NCBI GenBank assembly: GCA_025786725.1
Contig: JAHLTZ010000005.1
Coordinates: forward strand, 124,001 to 188,000
Reading direction: 5' to 3'
Length of the DNA: 64,000 bases
Source: Syncephalis fuscata S228
Taxonomy: Eukaryota > Fungi > Zoopagomycota
Shown: one piece after another, positions 39,463-52,800 of the stretch
How the letters are laid out: every line of letters begins with the position of its first letter
Numbering within the stretch: position 1 is the stretch's first letter
Program-made: the position numbers and the translations under genes
The notes under the pieces: generated by a model
Databases searched by the model: none
Told to the model about the DNA's origin: nothing
What the model saw: only the letters and a program-made list of their open reading frames with translations

Positions 39463-39693
39463 GAATACAAAACAATGTAGCAATAACGTAGCTAATATAA
39501 AGCAAAGAATAAAAGGTGTTACTTGTAGGTGTATGGACATCACAATGATTTCCCTCACACACGCACAAAGTCAATAATGGAATTGTTAAAAAAAGAAAAA
39601 AACTTAATTGCTTCACTTTTTCTACTTTCTTTTTGGTCCATCATTACCACAGGCTTTACGTCGATCAGACCGCGACCACGACCACGAACGACT

Positions 39694-42600
39694 ATGCCGA
39701 TTAATAGCAATGCTTCGACTAAGAAAAAGTCTTTTTACAAGAAGAAAGGCAGGCAGACAGGGGGGAAGTCTCGTGAATTCGCCGTAAAGAACGATGTCAA
39801 ATCATTGAGCGAATTGCCGCAAAGCACTAGTGGCCAACTATGTCAGCTACCAGTTGCATTCACACACGATGCCCGGTAAGCTATGTTAATAATAGCCAAA
39901 TAGCATAATAATAACACTTTGCTTTACTAGCATGTTCTTTGGCTCTACCGACCAAGAAGTACGCTTCTTTAGTGTGGCTACAGGTCAAATGACGCGCGTT
40001 TTATCCAAACGAATTGAAGACTATCATACCGCACCACTATCTGCAGCAATCCTTAATCATGCTAGTCCCGATCAGGTAAATGGCATTGTTTACTAGCTAA
40101 TCAACGAATAGAGTATCTAATAATGACTATAGTTGTTGACAAGTGCACTGGATGGTCAGATCAAAGTGTGGAATTATGAGGATCAAACCTGTTGAAAGTA
40201 AGTATTAATGAACACATTTGTGCATAATAGCTAATGAATAATGTAAATATGTTTATTTAATAGACATTAATATTTAATGATCCAGTTCATCATATTAATA
40301 TATCCAAGGGTCGTCCTAATGAACTGTTAGCACTAACATTTAATACAGATACTGGTAGGAACATAGATAGCTGTATAATATTATTTATTTAGCTATTAAC
40401 TATATTTTAGGTATAAGCAGTGTATATTGGCAGAAACTAGCTGATGCTACAAACCAATCACCCAAATTAATTACTCAAATACCAAATTACTGTCAAATGG
40501 CCTGGTCACCGATGGTAACGTTATAGCACTCGTATCAGAGCGTCAATTCCATATTGGCCTAATGAATAAAGAAGGCAGCGTTGAATGGAGAATGTAATAC
40601 AAACAACTATAAAATGGTTCAAACACTCACATAAATATAATATAGGATGAACTTGAAGTCAAGAGCTACTTGTTTGGCACTCCATCCAACTGAGGCATGT
40701 CTGGCCATAGGAGATGTAGCAGGTCGTATTCATTTATGGTAAGTAATAGCAACATTCTATTAGTAATGAATGACCATAGCCTTGTATAATATAGGTATTA
40801 CCAATCACCATCAGAAAATGAACAGATTCCTTCTACTACGTTGCACTGGCATTCATATGCTGTACAATCAATTAACTTTACATCAGATGGTAAATATCAA
40901 TTAAATATAGCTACTACCGTATAGTTACTAATGATTATTCCGTGTATATAGGTATTCATATGCTATCAGGTGGTACAGAAGGTGTTATGGTGATCTGGCA
41001 TCTACGCAGTGGTACCAAGCAGTTCTTGCCTCATTTAGGAGCAGATATTGCCTCAATTGCCGTATCACCCGATCAAAGCTACTATGCTATAGCTCAAAAA
41101 AACAATGTTATTCGTGTAGTGAATGCTTTGGATTTAACGATTAAACAAATGGTGCAAGGTCTTAAAATTGGTAGGCCATCTTTGTTAGAATACAGCAATC
41201 CACTAATATATATCTATTATCTATCATCTACTATTTATTATCTATTATCTATTATTTATTAGGTGCTTCGGATGAACAACGTTTATTATCAGGCAGTATG
41301 GCGGTTGAGCCACGTACTGGTCATCTTGTACTGAATGGCACAGCCGGTTCACTTCAGTTCTACAATCCATTAACCCAACGGCATATTCTTGATTTGGAAG
41401 TCATGCCCATTAGTCATTTGGCACGAGCACCACAACGGCAACAACATTTACAACCACAATCACAAAAAGTAATGCGTCGTAAAAATATACACGAACCAAT
41501 GGTAGACCACGTAGCATTTACCAAGGATGGCAAATGGATGATTACAGTAAGTATTAAAACTTGGTGCTGTTTTGTTAATAATAGTTTATTTACTCTATTT
41601 AATTGCTATGAAATAGGCTGATTCCCGTCATGGTTCACGTGCATCTTCAGAACAGTTTTTGAAATTCTGGTTCTTTGATACAAAGAAACAAAGGTATGAA
41701 TTGTTGCAATATAATGGATATGGTCATTAATATAACATATTATAGCTATCAATTAAGGACCCGTGTTGACACGCCACATCAAGGTAGAATTACATCTATT
41801 TCAACTACCGTACGAGATGGTGTTCCACTTGTTGTAACTACAAGTAAAGATGGTCGCTGGAAGGCATGGGGCACTCAGACAGACGATAGAACAAGTAAGA
41901 TTAAGCGAGAATGAACGGAAATGGATTGAGCTATAAAGTTTGATTATAATATAATATGGATATTAATACTCGTATTCAATATAGAATACTGGACCTGTTA
42001 TCATCCTGTGATTATCGTGGTATGATTGCTCGCTGGTCGGCCTTTTCCGATGATGGTTCCGTGTTGGCTGTAGCATTCAATGATGTAAGTTGGTTAATTT
42101 ATAATAGAAGCCCATTTAATAGTTTAATATAACAAATATCAATACGCAATTATACTCATTCTAGACGATTACTTTATGGGATCCTTGGTATGCCACCGTT
42201 AAATGTGTCTTGGCCTATTCGGTCAACAAACGGCCTATTCATCAATTGGGATTTGTGGCCGATACACCGTATCTTGTTGCAACATCTGAACATTATATTT
42301 ATGTGTGGAATCTATTAACTTGTTCAGGTTAGTTTGAAAGTACTTTTATTAGTAATTTGTTACTTATTCTACTACTGCAGTGCATTGGAGTATTCAAATG
42401 AAGGTTGAGCAGCTTGCCTTTGATTCAACATTGCCACAATTTACCGTTATTGGATCAATTGAGAACCAAGAAAGTGAGTTACAAACAGCTTACATTTGTA
42501 TATTCACTGATATATCATTTGCTTGATTAGAGAAATATTTGCTTACATTTGATCCTGCACATCCTACACCCAAGAGTGTCCAGCCTACACGTGCACAAGC

Positions 42601-43308
42601 AGTTATCTATGCCTCAATTGGTTCTGGTTCTACTAATGCCATTACTTCATTACCATCCTCATTGGTCATTCTGAATGATGATAACGAGATGCACGTCTAT
42701 TCATCATCGAAAAAGACAGATTTGACATCATTAGCCATCTCTGATCAACAAGAACAAGATAATATGGACGAATCAGAGCCTACCGGCTATTTACAAGTCT
42801 ATTTGGCAAGACTAAAGAGCAATCCTCTTCCACTGCCACTGCTATGGAAAATGACTACTTGGCTACCATTCAATCCAAGACATCAACAGAAGCAGACGAT
42901 CTTTGGACATTACCTGCCCATGTTATGCCCAGTGTTCACTCGGTCTATACTCACTTTATGTCTAATCTACTGACCAGTACTAATCATTCTAATGATGATA
43001 ACCCTGATTCAAATACCATGGATATAGTCTATCAACCATTGATACAGCAACAGTAAAAACAGCACTATCATCTGAATCATCTGTAATGACACCTATAACA
43101 ACATTTGTGGTAATAAATGAGGTAAGTAACTAGCCGGTTCTATTAGTATAAACTTGCTTTTTATTTGCTGTAATACTAATACTATTGATATTACTAATAG
43201 ACACCAGATGTACCATTATTACAGTCTAAAGATGATACGGCAACGGAACAAGATAAACCTGTGCTTACCATGTTAACAAGCTTGTTTCACAAACAACTGA
43301 GCGTATAA
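39694..43308 (+). CDS. UTP17: t-UTP WD40 protein UTP17/NAN1/WDR75, many exons
   Basis: TTLHWHSYAVQSINFTSDG..LSGGTEGVMVIW..QFLPHLGA, LKFW, TRVDTPH, FSDDGSVLAVA. Confidence 0.9.
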
Positions 43309-43644
43309 TTGGTTTAAAAATAGATTACATTAAATATAGTTATCATTAAATCATTGCATTGAACCATCCATTGTAGCCTATGTGTGCGTCTACAAGTATA
43401 TATCTGCTTTTATTCAGTTTATTATACAGAATTGAATGTAAAAGTTAGAAAGTTATAAATAAAGCAAAATACTATTTTTCCAACTGTATTATATACTAGA
43501 ATGAACGTGAAAATGATATTAGAGTAAAGAGAGGTTGGACAAGCAAGAGAGAGAGAGAGAGAGAAAAGAGGATCAATTGTGTGGTAGTTTGTTACGCAGA
43601 ATAATGATATGTTGTCAGGGATAATGACCATTATATCAAAATTA

Positions 43645-43812
43645 AAAGTTAAATGGTTACATTTAATAATATTCATATATTTAAACTGCATTTTTTGATT
43701 GAACATGATGGATGGTGAATAACATCAGCCATCAAAATACTCATCATTGTAGATTAATTGTCAAGTTTAGCCATTTAACCACCAAAACAAAACATTAAAT
43801 GGTTAATAAACT
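43645..43812. mobile_element. Short MITE-like copy of the TIR family
   Basis: 43655-43765 matches 47700-47900; the inverted terminal segment ends aactg|ta (CAGT end plus TA). Confidence 0.6.
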
Positions 43813-45592
43813 GTATAATATGACTGTAATATATTGGCACAAATAAAATAACTAAATAAACCATTGATATCAGTATTAAAATAACTGGCGTGCTGCATTC
43901 ATATTGGATGTAACTAATTGCAATAGCACAATATTTGCATAAAAGATATTTTATTTAATAAAGAACTGCTTGGATACTAATACAACAATGCAATCAAATA
44001 ATCAGATGGTGTATTATGGCCCTATTCTTGATGAATGTAAGCATTCCTTGGATTTATACCTATTTAGTACAACATAAGTAAACTGTCATGTAATCAATCA
44101 CAGCAATGCTGCTTGTTAAGCAATCACATTAATAAGCACTCGGAACAGTCATTTTAAATAACTATGATCCACAATAATGCCAGAAGGGAGGTTACTCGAC
44201 CTATAAAAATCACACTATAGCGAAAGAGGCCAGATAGTGTTGTTATTTGTACTTCTAGAATTAAAGGACTAAACATATAAACCCAACCCACAATTACCAA
44301 ACAACTGCACGACTACTACTTTTCTCTGCATGTTTATGGAGATAGTTTGTATACGTTGTGTCGTATAAATCCTATACACTTTCATGAAAATCAACTAGTA
44401 GGCGTCGTAAAACAACATTCAATCCTATCGTTCCATCCAAATCAATTTAAATACAAACGATATTTGTAGTGCCGACCTCATGTTGTCTATACATCCAAAT
44501 ACTTATCAATGTAACTAACACAAACACATAGCAAACTCCATATTCACTAAACAGAAGGCCATTTTACTATGCGCAATCTAATACCGTTTGCAGCGTGTTA
44601 AAACGCATGCCACGGAATCATATAGTGTCTAGTTGACTACATATGTACGAATGCTCACATAGTAAAAGGCACAACTGCATTGCACCACACATGTCAATTT
44701 ACTTAGCTTAATTATGCAAAACAGTAAGGAGCAGTAATCTTGTAGTTATTAAGCGTATAACGGACGTAAACCATATCAGACAACAAATAATAGTAAATGA
44801 AAAGGAGTGTAAATTACCTTGAGCGATAAAGAATAGCAAGAGAAGATAAAAGCACGACGTTTAGTTGGGGGAAACGGTAAAGCCATCTTATACATAATCA
44901 TTACGATAACTATCGTAATAAAACATGTCTCGCCTGAGACAGTCTAAGCCAATATGTCGCACAGTTAAGCTCTAATAAGTAAATATTCGTGTAATGTTCA
45001 ATAGACTACTTTTTCTGCCTGTAATAAAAAAGTCTTTATTTTCATTTTTTACATTGGCTGAATGGCAATAGTAGCGATGTATTTACAATGCGATAAAACA
45101 GATGATAGAGTGACGAGCATTTTTATGAACGTTGCAACATATGATTTATTGAATACGTATGTAATGCTACATCTGCCAGATATTCAATATAAAATTAGTG
45201 AGTCACTCGCCCTGGATACCAATCGTGTAACAAAAGCGAGACCAGTTTCACAAACATGTCATCACCATAATGACGATTTTGTATATTTATTGCAGTCGCG
45301 ACGACTTCATAAGCTTTATTACTAATTACAACGCCGGTTGATTAACTAGATTCGCGACAATCGGCCATTTAATAAATAATAATACAATTATCTAGTTTTG
45401 TATGTAATTCGTTGCGTTTATATGTAATTTTAATGTACATTGCACTCTAATAAACACACGCAACTGTGTAACCATTTTACTGTGAAAAGAATAAATTAGC
45501 TCACGGTTGTGCGTCTTGTCTTATTCTTACGACATATACTTTCCATTCTATTTGTCGTATAGCTTTGTTAACAAGACCACTTTTAGTTTACG

Positions 45593-47584
45593 ATGTCTTT
45601 AAGCACTAGCAATGAGCGTTTGTGGAAGAGCTTGGATGTTTTATTGTATCTGTGCAATTTCATGGATGACAAAACGTTGACACTTTTCGCCATGAGTTGC
45701 CAGTTTATATACCAAATAGTGACTGGTCGGTCATATATTTGGAAACAGCGATATTTCCAAACATTTTGTCTGAGCGATAGACGCGAACAAGAATGGCTTT
45801 CATGGTTTATCTGGTGTACAGACACTATAGCAAAATCAAGAATGGCTACACTTAGAATAAATAAGAAGCGAAAGCGTTTGCTATTGTCTGCCGTTACAAC
45901 CGTTACTAACAGCGATAGCGAACCTACATCGCTTGCTAGTGATTCTTCATTGATCCTGGTTTCGCTACCATTCAATGGTGCCATGCCTATCAACGTCGCC
46001 AACAGGCCAGTTACAATTTGATGGTAGGCCAATTTAACAGGCGGCAATGCCAACTGCCATTTAAAGAAGGCATGGAGCTGAAAATAATCAACATAAATCC
46101 ATGGAATGCACTAGTATGTGATAAAACATTTAAACGAATATGGCCAATTCATCATGATGTTTTCGATGAAGGAAATGAACACAGCGGCAAGAAAATAATT
46201 GGAAAAGAATGATTAGTATTTTATCGGCGCCTGATATTATACGTCATATACACTTTATTTGTGGAACAAACCGATTTGTTGTGGCAGGTGTTATGATGAA
46301 TGCATATGAAGATTTAAAAGCAACTTACGTCGGCGACCCAGTAGGTAAGTACTAATGATTAATAATAATAATAATAAGTATTTATTAATAATATTAACAA
46401 TAGTAAAATGGTCTAAAGCGAAAGCACGGCGTACCAAAAAGAATAAAGATGAAGCTTCTACTGATTCAGCGATCATTGAATCTTCAGAGAAGCAAGAATT
46501 TGATGCACGAGATGCCATTTTAGTATGGCCTATCGACAACAACTCACCTCCTAACATTATCTATTTTGATGGCGGCCCTGGAGAAGAATGGGTGGGTTTA
46601 TGCCAAAACTAGTTGATGCTTATAACGATTGGATGCTTTTTCGTATATCTAATATAAATTTACTGCGCTTTGAATTTCATTTATACAGTTGCAACGAAAG
46701 TCAATGGATAGAAGTTTCACTTGATGCTTTTGCATCCAGTTCTATTCAGGTTGCTTGCCGTGACCAATGCCAGGTGCTAAATTGGAAAATAACACGTAAA
46801 TTCCTCAAAACTAGCGATACTTCTACGTCCACTGCTGCACAAAATGTGGAAATTATTAGCAATGACTATCCAGCAATACGCGTTGCATGGAAACTGTCTG
46901 ATTTTCAAACAGGTCAGTCTCAATGTAAAAAGATATTGTCAGGCCAAATTGATTTTCCATATTACCCAAATGCCATCATCAAATCCGAGATATATACATC
47001 TAGAATGTGTTTAGTCATTCTACATGACGCAACTAAAGGCGAAGAAGAAATCTGTAATGGAACGTTTAAAGCATTGCTCTCTTTATTTGCACTAGGAAAG
47101 CTATCATCGAATAATTCACCAGAGTTTTTATTTGATGCCAAAGACTATGAGCAACTATTGCCAATCGATAGTTCAGAACAAGGACGTATATTATGGACTC
47201 GAACTATTGGCAACAATACCGTTACAAAGCTATACAGCGAGAAGCTGATCATTGTTCAAAATGTTAAGAAATATGATATACTGGATGCTCGAAATGGAGA
47301 TTTATTGCGTTCAATCGTTTGTTCACATCATTCAAATCTTGTTCCTTTGCTTGGATCTTTATGTGCAATGTTTAATGGGGAATTCAAAAAAAATTACCTT
47401 GTTGACATGCACACTGGTCTTATTTGTAAACCGTCAGCACGTCTTATTAGCAGACAAATGGAAGATATCTCAGCCATTTTCAAATCGCGATAGATACTTA
47501 AAGCATTTTAAATACTATGCATCAAATGCTATTGTTGGTCGAATTAACATGAATAATGGAGCATACGAAGCATTTATACTGTGA
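45593..47584 (+). CDS. Lineage-specific F-box protein, paralog 2 (5 or more frame disruptions; possibly a pseudogene)
   Basis: LWKSLDVLLYLCNFMDDKTL..; shares LLSLFALGK..LFDAxDY..LLPIDSSxQGRILW and an intron position with 12291-14358. Confidence 0.75.
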
Positions 47585-47789
47585 CTGGTAAACTTTAGTT
47601 GCAAACATTAAATAAAAGTCATTGATATTACTTTTATTTTCATGCCTTTTATTCACATTTTATTAATAGTTTGGTGTGATTTGGAGTCAAATGGCTATTT
47701 TTAATAACATTTGCGTAATTGAACTACACATTCAATCTATTGAACATGAGAACAAGTGGTGAGTTTTATTTAATCATCACATCATCACT

Positions 47790-48591
47790 CTTATTGCTTT
47801 TTGGGAGACAAATGACTAAAATCCAATAACATCCAATTTATTGAACATAATGGTGGGTGGTAAATGACATCAATCATCAAATACTCATCATTGTAGATTG
47901 ATTATCCAGTATGCATATATTCAGTATACATATATACCCTATTCATCTATATCATTCCCCTTCTGTCCCATACTACTATATATCATTATACAATATAGTA
48001 AACACGTTCTATTGTTATAGGCTTCAACTACATATAACTTGCTAAATAAATAAGATGAGATTTATTAGTAATAGCTTTAAAGCCAAAAGAGCAACGGCAA
48101 TAGCTAGCGCATAGTTATTAGCCAATAGAATAGTATGCAACATAAAGAATATACGGTTTAGAATGACAATTAGCTATGTTAAAGTTATTGAGCATATATG
48201 CATGAAAAGATGACCGACATTAGTCGACATTTGTAATAATAAAGCTAGAACAAAAATAAAATAGTTTTGGATAGAGGAAGACTAGACGAGTATAAATGAT
48301 ATATAAAAGATAAATGTATGGTAAGAAAGCATAAAAGCGATGTCAAAGTTATAGCGCATATAATGCAATGAGTGGGCCGAATGAAGTTATTGGAACATAT
48401 AAACAATGGAATGTATTTAATATAGCATAAAATGGAAATAATACAAGTAAATGATGGATATATGCATACTGAATAATAAATCTATGATGATGATTATTTG
48501 ATAATTGATGTCATTCACCACTTACCATCATGTTCAATAGCTTGAATGTTATTAAAATAGTCGTTTAACCAATTTACATTAAATAAAGCTG
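47790..48591. mobile_element. Nested MITE with ~100-120 bp terminal inverted repeats
   Basis: 47825-47925 is the reverse complement of 48453-48555 (attgaacat.atggt..gtgg.aatgacatcaat.atcaaata.tcatcat..tagatt.attat.cagtatgcatatat). Confidence 0.75.
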
Positions 48592-48714
48592 TTTATGAAA
48601 ACAGATTGTTTAATAATATTAAATGTCACACACATGTTATGCGATTGATGCATTTTATTTTGTTGACATAAAAAAGCCTAAAGTTTTAAAAAGTTAAAAT
48701 TAAAATATTTGGAT

Positions 48715-48910
48715 CTACTTTGTAGCCAATTAGCCATCATACAGCCAATTAAATTACGTCTATGCAATCAGCAGATACTGCAATGCCGTGTGGTTACTTG
48801 AAAGTAAAAATGTAAAATAAAATGAAGAAAAAAGCATTAATAAAAAATCAGCAACGTCATTAAAAATGATCATTATAATTACCTTATTATTTAAAGTCGA
48901 TAAACTTTAA
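48715..48910 (-). ncRNA. Candidate omega-RNA of Fanzor relic A
   Basis: Hairpins at 48891-48910, 48763-48782 and 48727-48751 directly 3' of the ORF; the G-U pairs work only on the minus strand. Confidence 0.45.
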
Positions 48911-48919
48911 GGAATGTTA

Positions 48920-49720
48920 GCTTCTTCAAAACCAATCTGGTAAATACCGCTTAATCGTAGACTATCAAGAATACGCTTGAAATTCAAAATAGCAGCCAAA
49001 TTACAATGCCGCAATCTTACACCAGTAAAAGTTTCATGTTTTTTTACAAGTTTGATTTGTGCACCTACAAACAAGCTAAATGTTAGAATAAAATATTTAT
49101 TTGTATTCAGTCTATAAATTATAGTACCTTATAACTCTATGACACTTTACTTTTGGATGATTACGACGCTGATACGGACGTGGATTATCGATTATTTGGA
49201 ATGTTTTAAACTTTGAGCTTGACAAGTGGGACAGGTTTAGAGCTGTTATACTCATCAACTAAAAGCACGTTAAAATCATTCTTTTAAAGCATACGCTTCA
49301 AAGTCAGCACCTCAAATAGGTTTTTGAAACTTTACATGACTTGCAGACCAGTTACCAAATATTAAAGTAGCATTACTATCAAACTTGAATCTAAGCTTAT
49401 TGATAAGCTTTGGTCAGCTTGCTGTCGTCTAATGTACAAACATAGCTTTAGTTTTCTGAACAGCCATTTTTGTTTGATAGGATGTATATTTGTTTGATAA
49501 GCGTAATATGATGCAAGGTATTGGCAGACAACAGCACGAACGGTGAATATTCCTCAAAGTTAGATATATTAGCAGATCTGGTTTGACATTGAGACAATAA
49601 TTTTTCTTTTCTTTGAGCATCGGGGCACCTTGCTTTCAATCCCAATCTGATTCTGCAATACTTCTTGTCCCGGTATCAAAATATTTTTGATTTAAAGTAT
49701 ATCTGTAGGTCATTGGCTCT
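48920..49720 (-). pseudogene. Fanzor1 (TnpB-like RuvC nuclease) relic A, C-terminal half, with intron 49065-49127
   Basis: YRYTLNQK, LFRKLKL..YIRRQQAD, LRFKFDSNATLIFGNWSA, VLLVDEYNSS, CPTC, NPRPY..CH..|RCTNQTC, LAAILNFKRILDSLR. Confidence 0.88.
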
Positions 49721-49904
49721 TGAATTATGCTGAAGTTATAGTGTGTGTATATGCAAAATAACTTTATAAAAACACAACTATTTAACCATTGGATTACATT
49801 AATAATTAGCAAGTTGTAAAATAATTCATTAGCTAATTTATTTGTAAAGCAATAATCCAACAAAATAACGGAATAGTGCTAAATATAATTTTTATTTGAA
49901 CTGT

Positions 49905-51738
49905 TTAACCTCTAACTGTTCCATAGTATGGAATAAAAACAGCACGGCCTGATGGTGGTTTATTGAATCTTGGATTAGGATCAAGTACAATATATCCGGA
50001 ATATGACCATGTTTTATCCTTTGCTATATTCTCCGGTGTACTAATTGTTACATCAAATTCGGATATTTGATTTGGATATAAATTAATAGATCCTGGAAGG
50101 GAGACGACAGCAAGTATAGATGGATTTAACGATATATTGTTAGTATGTGGTGTTCTTAAAATCGAGACATTCGGAATATGTGAGATTTTATACGATAATG
50201 ATGTGGTAGCTACAGGCGAAGCTCTGATGGTTGTTTTCAATAATCTGACGTTATCTCTCATATCAATTAAAGATGGAAAAACATGAATTCTTTCAGGATT
50301 CATTAGTCTGTTGAAATTAATCATGCCGGCACCTTGATGTGATGTAGGAGCATAGACATCTGTATTGCTGACTTTGACCGGAACTGCGCTGTTTTGCAAT
50401 ATAGTTTTAACGTATTCAACGTTGATCAAACGCTTGTCATAAACATTAGCTATCAATGCAGCTGCACCGGCAACATATGCAACAGCAGCTGATATATCAG
50501 TAAAATGAAATTGATTCATTTTTTCATGAACCATGCCAGTGAAAAGTCTGTGGCTTGGTGCCAAGATGTCAGGATAGAAAGGCGGCATGAATGGTTGGTT
50601 GTGCCGTGCAGTTGTGTCGACAGTAGCGCTGCCATCCTCAATGTAGCCATACTTTTCTGCAAAAATATATTTGTATCCACGGTTATCTTTATAGCCTTCT
50701 TCTATAAACAAAGCATCATCTGTACTAATATCGAATAAGGGTATTTCGCAGTTTTGTCTTTCTTTATAAGGACCGTTTACAATGATAAGCCCAGCCATTT
50801 TTGCTGCTTTAGCACGTTCTAACACAGTCGGCATTTCTGCTTTTTTATACCAAATAAGCGCAATGTCTCCTTGATGAAATCATTTAAATGTCTATTTAAG
50901 GTGCTTATATAATTGTTAGGAAAATATTCATTTCTTTACCAAAGTCATATTTCATGTTTAAACATGAGGATGCAAATTCAATACGACGCTGGGTTGTTTT
51001 TTCTTCAAACCAATGCGATAAATGATAATCTTGTCTGGCACCACCGACGCTTAATACAGGAAGATTTTGGTATGAAAAGTACTGTCGATTTCAAAATTTT
51101 TAGTCGTGGCTGCAACAATCATAATCACGCCTTGTCTTGCAACATCTTCTATTGTTGTTCTCAGTTCAGTGCCGGCTTCATCTACAACGGAATTTCCGGC
51201 AATACAATAATTTGCATTTGATCATTGACTGCAGTTCTTATAGCTTGCAACACCAATGAGGTTGAAGTTGGACCTTCGCAGCCAAATACGCGATAAGTAC
51301 CAAGTGTCGCCTCAGGAGCAACTCCAGCGAAGTAACCAGTTTTAGCAACGGCAATTCCAGCCATGTGTGTGCCGCGATTATTGCATTGAAGTTTATCTCT
51401 AATTTTATTGCTATTAATATCACAAATTTGCGATTATAGACGTAATTTCCTTCAAATGCATTAATTCCAAAATTAATGCCACTATCAATAATTCCGAGTT
51501 TTACGCCTTTTCCTTTGATACTCATAGCGTGAAGTGTTTCAACACCAGTGGAAACATAGTAAGGCGTCATATAGACTGGTCTACCAGTGATATAGGAATT
51601 GATATAAGGACCGATGGAACTAGTACTTGCGTAAAAATCATTTCCATATGTTGTAATACTGTCTACGCCAAAATACTGTGTTGAACAAAATAGCAATAGT
51701 GTAAAAATTGTCAATTGCTGTAATTGTTTTGATATCAT
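49905..51738 (-). CDS. Secreted subtilisin-like S8 protein with PA domain; catalytic His replaced; frameshifted
   Basis: Signal peptide, KGKGVKLGIIDSG, CNNRGTHMAGI, GVAPEATLGTYRVFGC, PDILAP, DISAAVAYVAGAAAL, HQGAGMIN. Confidence 0.88.
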
Positions 51739-52059
51739 TGTTACAATTAACTGTCGTATCGAAAAGTAATTGTATAAACTAGCTGAATGAAAAGTGTTGA
51801 AGAAAAGTAAGTAAAAAATGAGACGATATATATAGATAAAAATACTTTGAATAAGTACTTGGTAGTTATTGTCAATTCAAATAATACCATATAAAATATT
51901 GGCATGCTTTAGATACCATTTTAGGTTATCAAGCCAAACATTTAAGGCAGGCGTCCAAGTAATATTATAATAAAACATAACTGAATGGAAGTCACTAGTA
52001 GTTTTGTTTTTATTTGATTAAATTTTTATTTTAGTAGTTATCACGCGATGCTATCTCCT

Positions 52060-52195
52060 CTTTGGTTAAATTGTACTTTAACTCTCACATTATGAGTTCT
52101 CAAAGCGAAATTGCTTCCAATTGAAGTCAATGCTGTTATGCACAACAAGCATAGTTATAATATTTTCAGTTGACTACTTTGAAACTCACAAAACC
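52060..52195 (-). ncRNA. Candidate omega-RNA of Fanzor relic B
   Basis: Long stem 52092-52106/52176-52189 enclosing stems 52109-52122, 52125-52130/52170-52175 and 52131-52151, plus hairpin 52065-52082. Confidence 0.55.
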
Positions 52196-52485
52196 AATTA
52201 TTATTGTTGTTGACTATGCGTAGAAAATTGATAGAACATTAATAAAAGCCATATGGTTGTGATTCTATGTCATTCCGCAGTTGTTATTGTTGTTACTGCG
52301 TACAGTGTAATTTATTTGCGTCTAAATGGTCTTTTTTATTTTCCAATCCTCTACTGTTGCATTTTGGACATATCTGTGATGTAAAATCACGATTAATATA
52401 ATTATTATAAATATTGTTTATTAAACAACTAGTTGATAATAAAGTTCCACTTATTGCTTTTAAAGCTGCTTGATTTGCCACTTCT
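52196..52485 (-). pseudogene. Fanzor relic B (RuvC-II/zinc finger/RuvC-III remnant)
   Basis: INRDFTSQICPKCNSRGL followed by a degenerate H..NNNNC segment; the 26.9 kb copy keeps WNRD. Confidence 0.8.
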
Positions 52486-52800
52486 ATGAAAAACAAGATT
52501 GCTGGACTGGTCAATTGTTGCAGAAAGGTGCTCAAAACTGCTGGGCGACAACGACTTTTGGTGATTGTAGATATTGATGAATACAATACATTAAAAGTCT
52601 GTTCCAAATATAAGAAAAAAAAGATGGCAGATTTGTTTCTAAAAAAACACAACAGCACAATGCATAGCGTACTTGTTTGTCAAAACAATGGTTGTCGTAC
52701 GGTATGGCAACGTGGCATTAATGCCAGCAGAAACATGCACAGGATATTCAGTACAATGGCCAGTGGTGAACCAAAGCCTTTTAATTTCTTACCGTTTATT
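52486..52800 (+). pseudogene. Fanzor relic C (C-terminal RuvC/zinc finger)
   Basis: AGLVNCCRKVLKTAGRQRLLVIVDIDEYNTLKVCSKY..MHSVLVCQNNGCRTVWQRGINASRNM (RuvC-III Asp changed to Gly). Confidence 0.88.

Noticed and set aside
44100-45500. Possible gene or TE relic upstream of F-box paralog 2
   Set aside because: Only short ORFs with no recognisable motifs or repeat match
48920-52800. Bacterial IS200/IS605 contamination
   Set aside because: Relic A has a spliceosomal intron, base composition matches the host, and a copy is embedded among fungal genes at 26.8 kb
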